The notes beneath the pieces were generated by a model that saw only the letters and a list, made by a program, of their open reading frames with translations, had not been told where the DNA came from and searched no databases. A DNA stretch of 36,074 nt from an uncultured Lachnospiraceae bacterium. GTDB lineage: Bacteria > Bacillota > Clostridia > Christensenellales > UBA1242. A program made the translations under genes and the position numbers. The DNA lies in assembly GCA_964614965.1 (NCBI GenBank), contig CAZTNT010000001.1:1-36074 (forward strand), read 5' to 3'. This document shows positions 35,438 through 36,074 of this stretch, one piece after another (within the stretch, counting starts at the first letter, position 1; every line of letters begins with the position of its first letter).

Positions 35438-35481
35438 GATAAGTTGCAATATTTTAAAATAATTAAAAGGAGAGAAATAAA

Positions 35482-36074
35482 ATGAATAATTTAACAATGG
35501 ATAAATTAGTAAGTTTATGCAAAACAAGAGGATTTATTTTTCAAGGAAGTGAAATCTATGGCGGAATGGGAAACACTTGGGATTATGGTCCAATTGGTGT
35601 GGAACTTAAAAATAACATCAAGCGCGCATGGTGGAAGAAGTTTGTTCAAGAAAGCAGAAACACATATGGAGTTGATGCTGCAATCTTAATGAACAGAACC
35701 GTTTGGGAAGCAAGTGGTCATGTTGCAAGTTTTGGTGATCCAAAAATGGATTGTAAGGAATGTAAAACTCGTCATAGAGCAGATTCTATTATCGAAGATT
35801 ATTGCAGAAGACATAACTTGGAAGATGTTAAACCAGATGCAATGACAAAAGAAGAATTAATGCAATTTATCGACGAACATAAAATAAATTGTCCTGTTTG
35901 TGGAAAGCATAATTTCACTGAAATCAGAAACTTTAACCCAATGTTTGAAACTGCTCGTGGTGTTGTTGACGAAAACCAAAACAAAATTTATTTGCGTCCT
36001 GAAACTGCTCAAGGTGAATATGTTAACTATTTGAATATTCAACGTAGTATGAGAGCAAAAGTTCCATTCGGAAT
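35482..36074 (+). CDS. glyQS: Glycine--tRNA ligase (class II, homodimeric GlyQS type), N-terminal 197 codons; continues past the right edge
   Basis: ATG at 35482 with an AAAGGAGAG SD at 35467-35475. The translation MNNLTMDKLVSLCKTRGFIFQGSEIYGGMGNTWDYGPIGVELKNNIKRAWWKKFV...RPETAQG is the highly conserved GlyQS N-terminus. Confidence 0.9.
   Translation, partial: MNNLTMDKLVSLCKTRGFIFQGSEIYGGMGNTWDYGPIGVELKNNIKRAWWKKFVQESRNTYGVDAAILMNRTVWEASGHVASFGDPKMDCKECKTRHRADSIIEDYCRRHNLEDVKPDAMTKEELMQFIDEHKINCPVCGKHNFTEIRNFNPMFETARGVVDENQNKIYLRPETAQGEYVNYLNIQRSMRAKVPFG

Noticed and set aside
35295-35481. Second riboswitch (tandem T-box or glycine riboswitch) in the long glyQS leader
   Set aside because: There is no second GGGTGG-ACCGCG T-box motif. 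I also see none of the conserved glycine-aptamer core sequences I would recognise. It is reported instead as an unexplained structured insert.
1-36074. Mollicute-type genetic code 4 (UGA = Trp), given the very low GC content
   Set aside because: TGA terminates well-conserved genes at the expected length (tadA at 4285-4287, the yabP-like gene at 10948-10950). Trp is encoded by TGG (for example the WW in glyQS). All long ORFs, including the 10.7-kb one, are open in the standard code.

Overview
Strongly AT-rich chromosomal segment of a low-GC Bacillota-type bacterium. It uses the standard code: TGA is a stop (tadA, yabP-like gene) and TGG is Trp. It has near-consensus sigma-A promoters, a T-box leader and a yabP-yabQ-divIC-type cluster. 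I support 27 protein genes (two truncated by the window edges), one tRNA-Asn(GTT), one glycine T-box leader, several Rho-independent terminators and one 74-bp tandem repeat. I see no CRISPR array, transposase, integrase, phage gene or recognisable defence gene. The housekeeping genes (spoVT/abrB-like, dus, MOP flippase, HU-like, tadA, M14 peptidase, rlmH, two CPBP proteases, GlmU-type acetyltransferase, yabP cluster, queH, alr, LtaS-family, glyQS) look like a rearranged version of the Bacillus spoVT-yabM...yabP-yabQ-divIC neighbourhood. Three very large orphan genes fill almost half of the window (17,598 of 36,074 nt). (1) A 3,564-aa lipoprotein has three GLUG-like beta-helix modules. (2) An 807-aa membrane-anchored coiled-coil protein ends in seven eukaryote-style AT-hooks (RGRP cores). 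(3) A 1,492-aa protein has a central transmembrane hairpin and about 850 aa of coiled coil. My best candidates for something undescribed are the membrane-anchored multi-AT-hook protein, possibly acting with the second membrane coiled-coil giant as an envelope-nucleoid scaffold, and a recurrent promoter geometry. At six genes a -10 box sits 6-9 nt from an SD-less ATG, which implies widespread leaderless mRNAs. All homology statements rest on motif recognition by eye; no searches were run.
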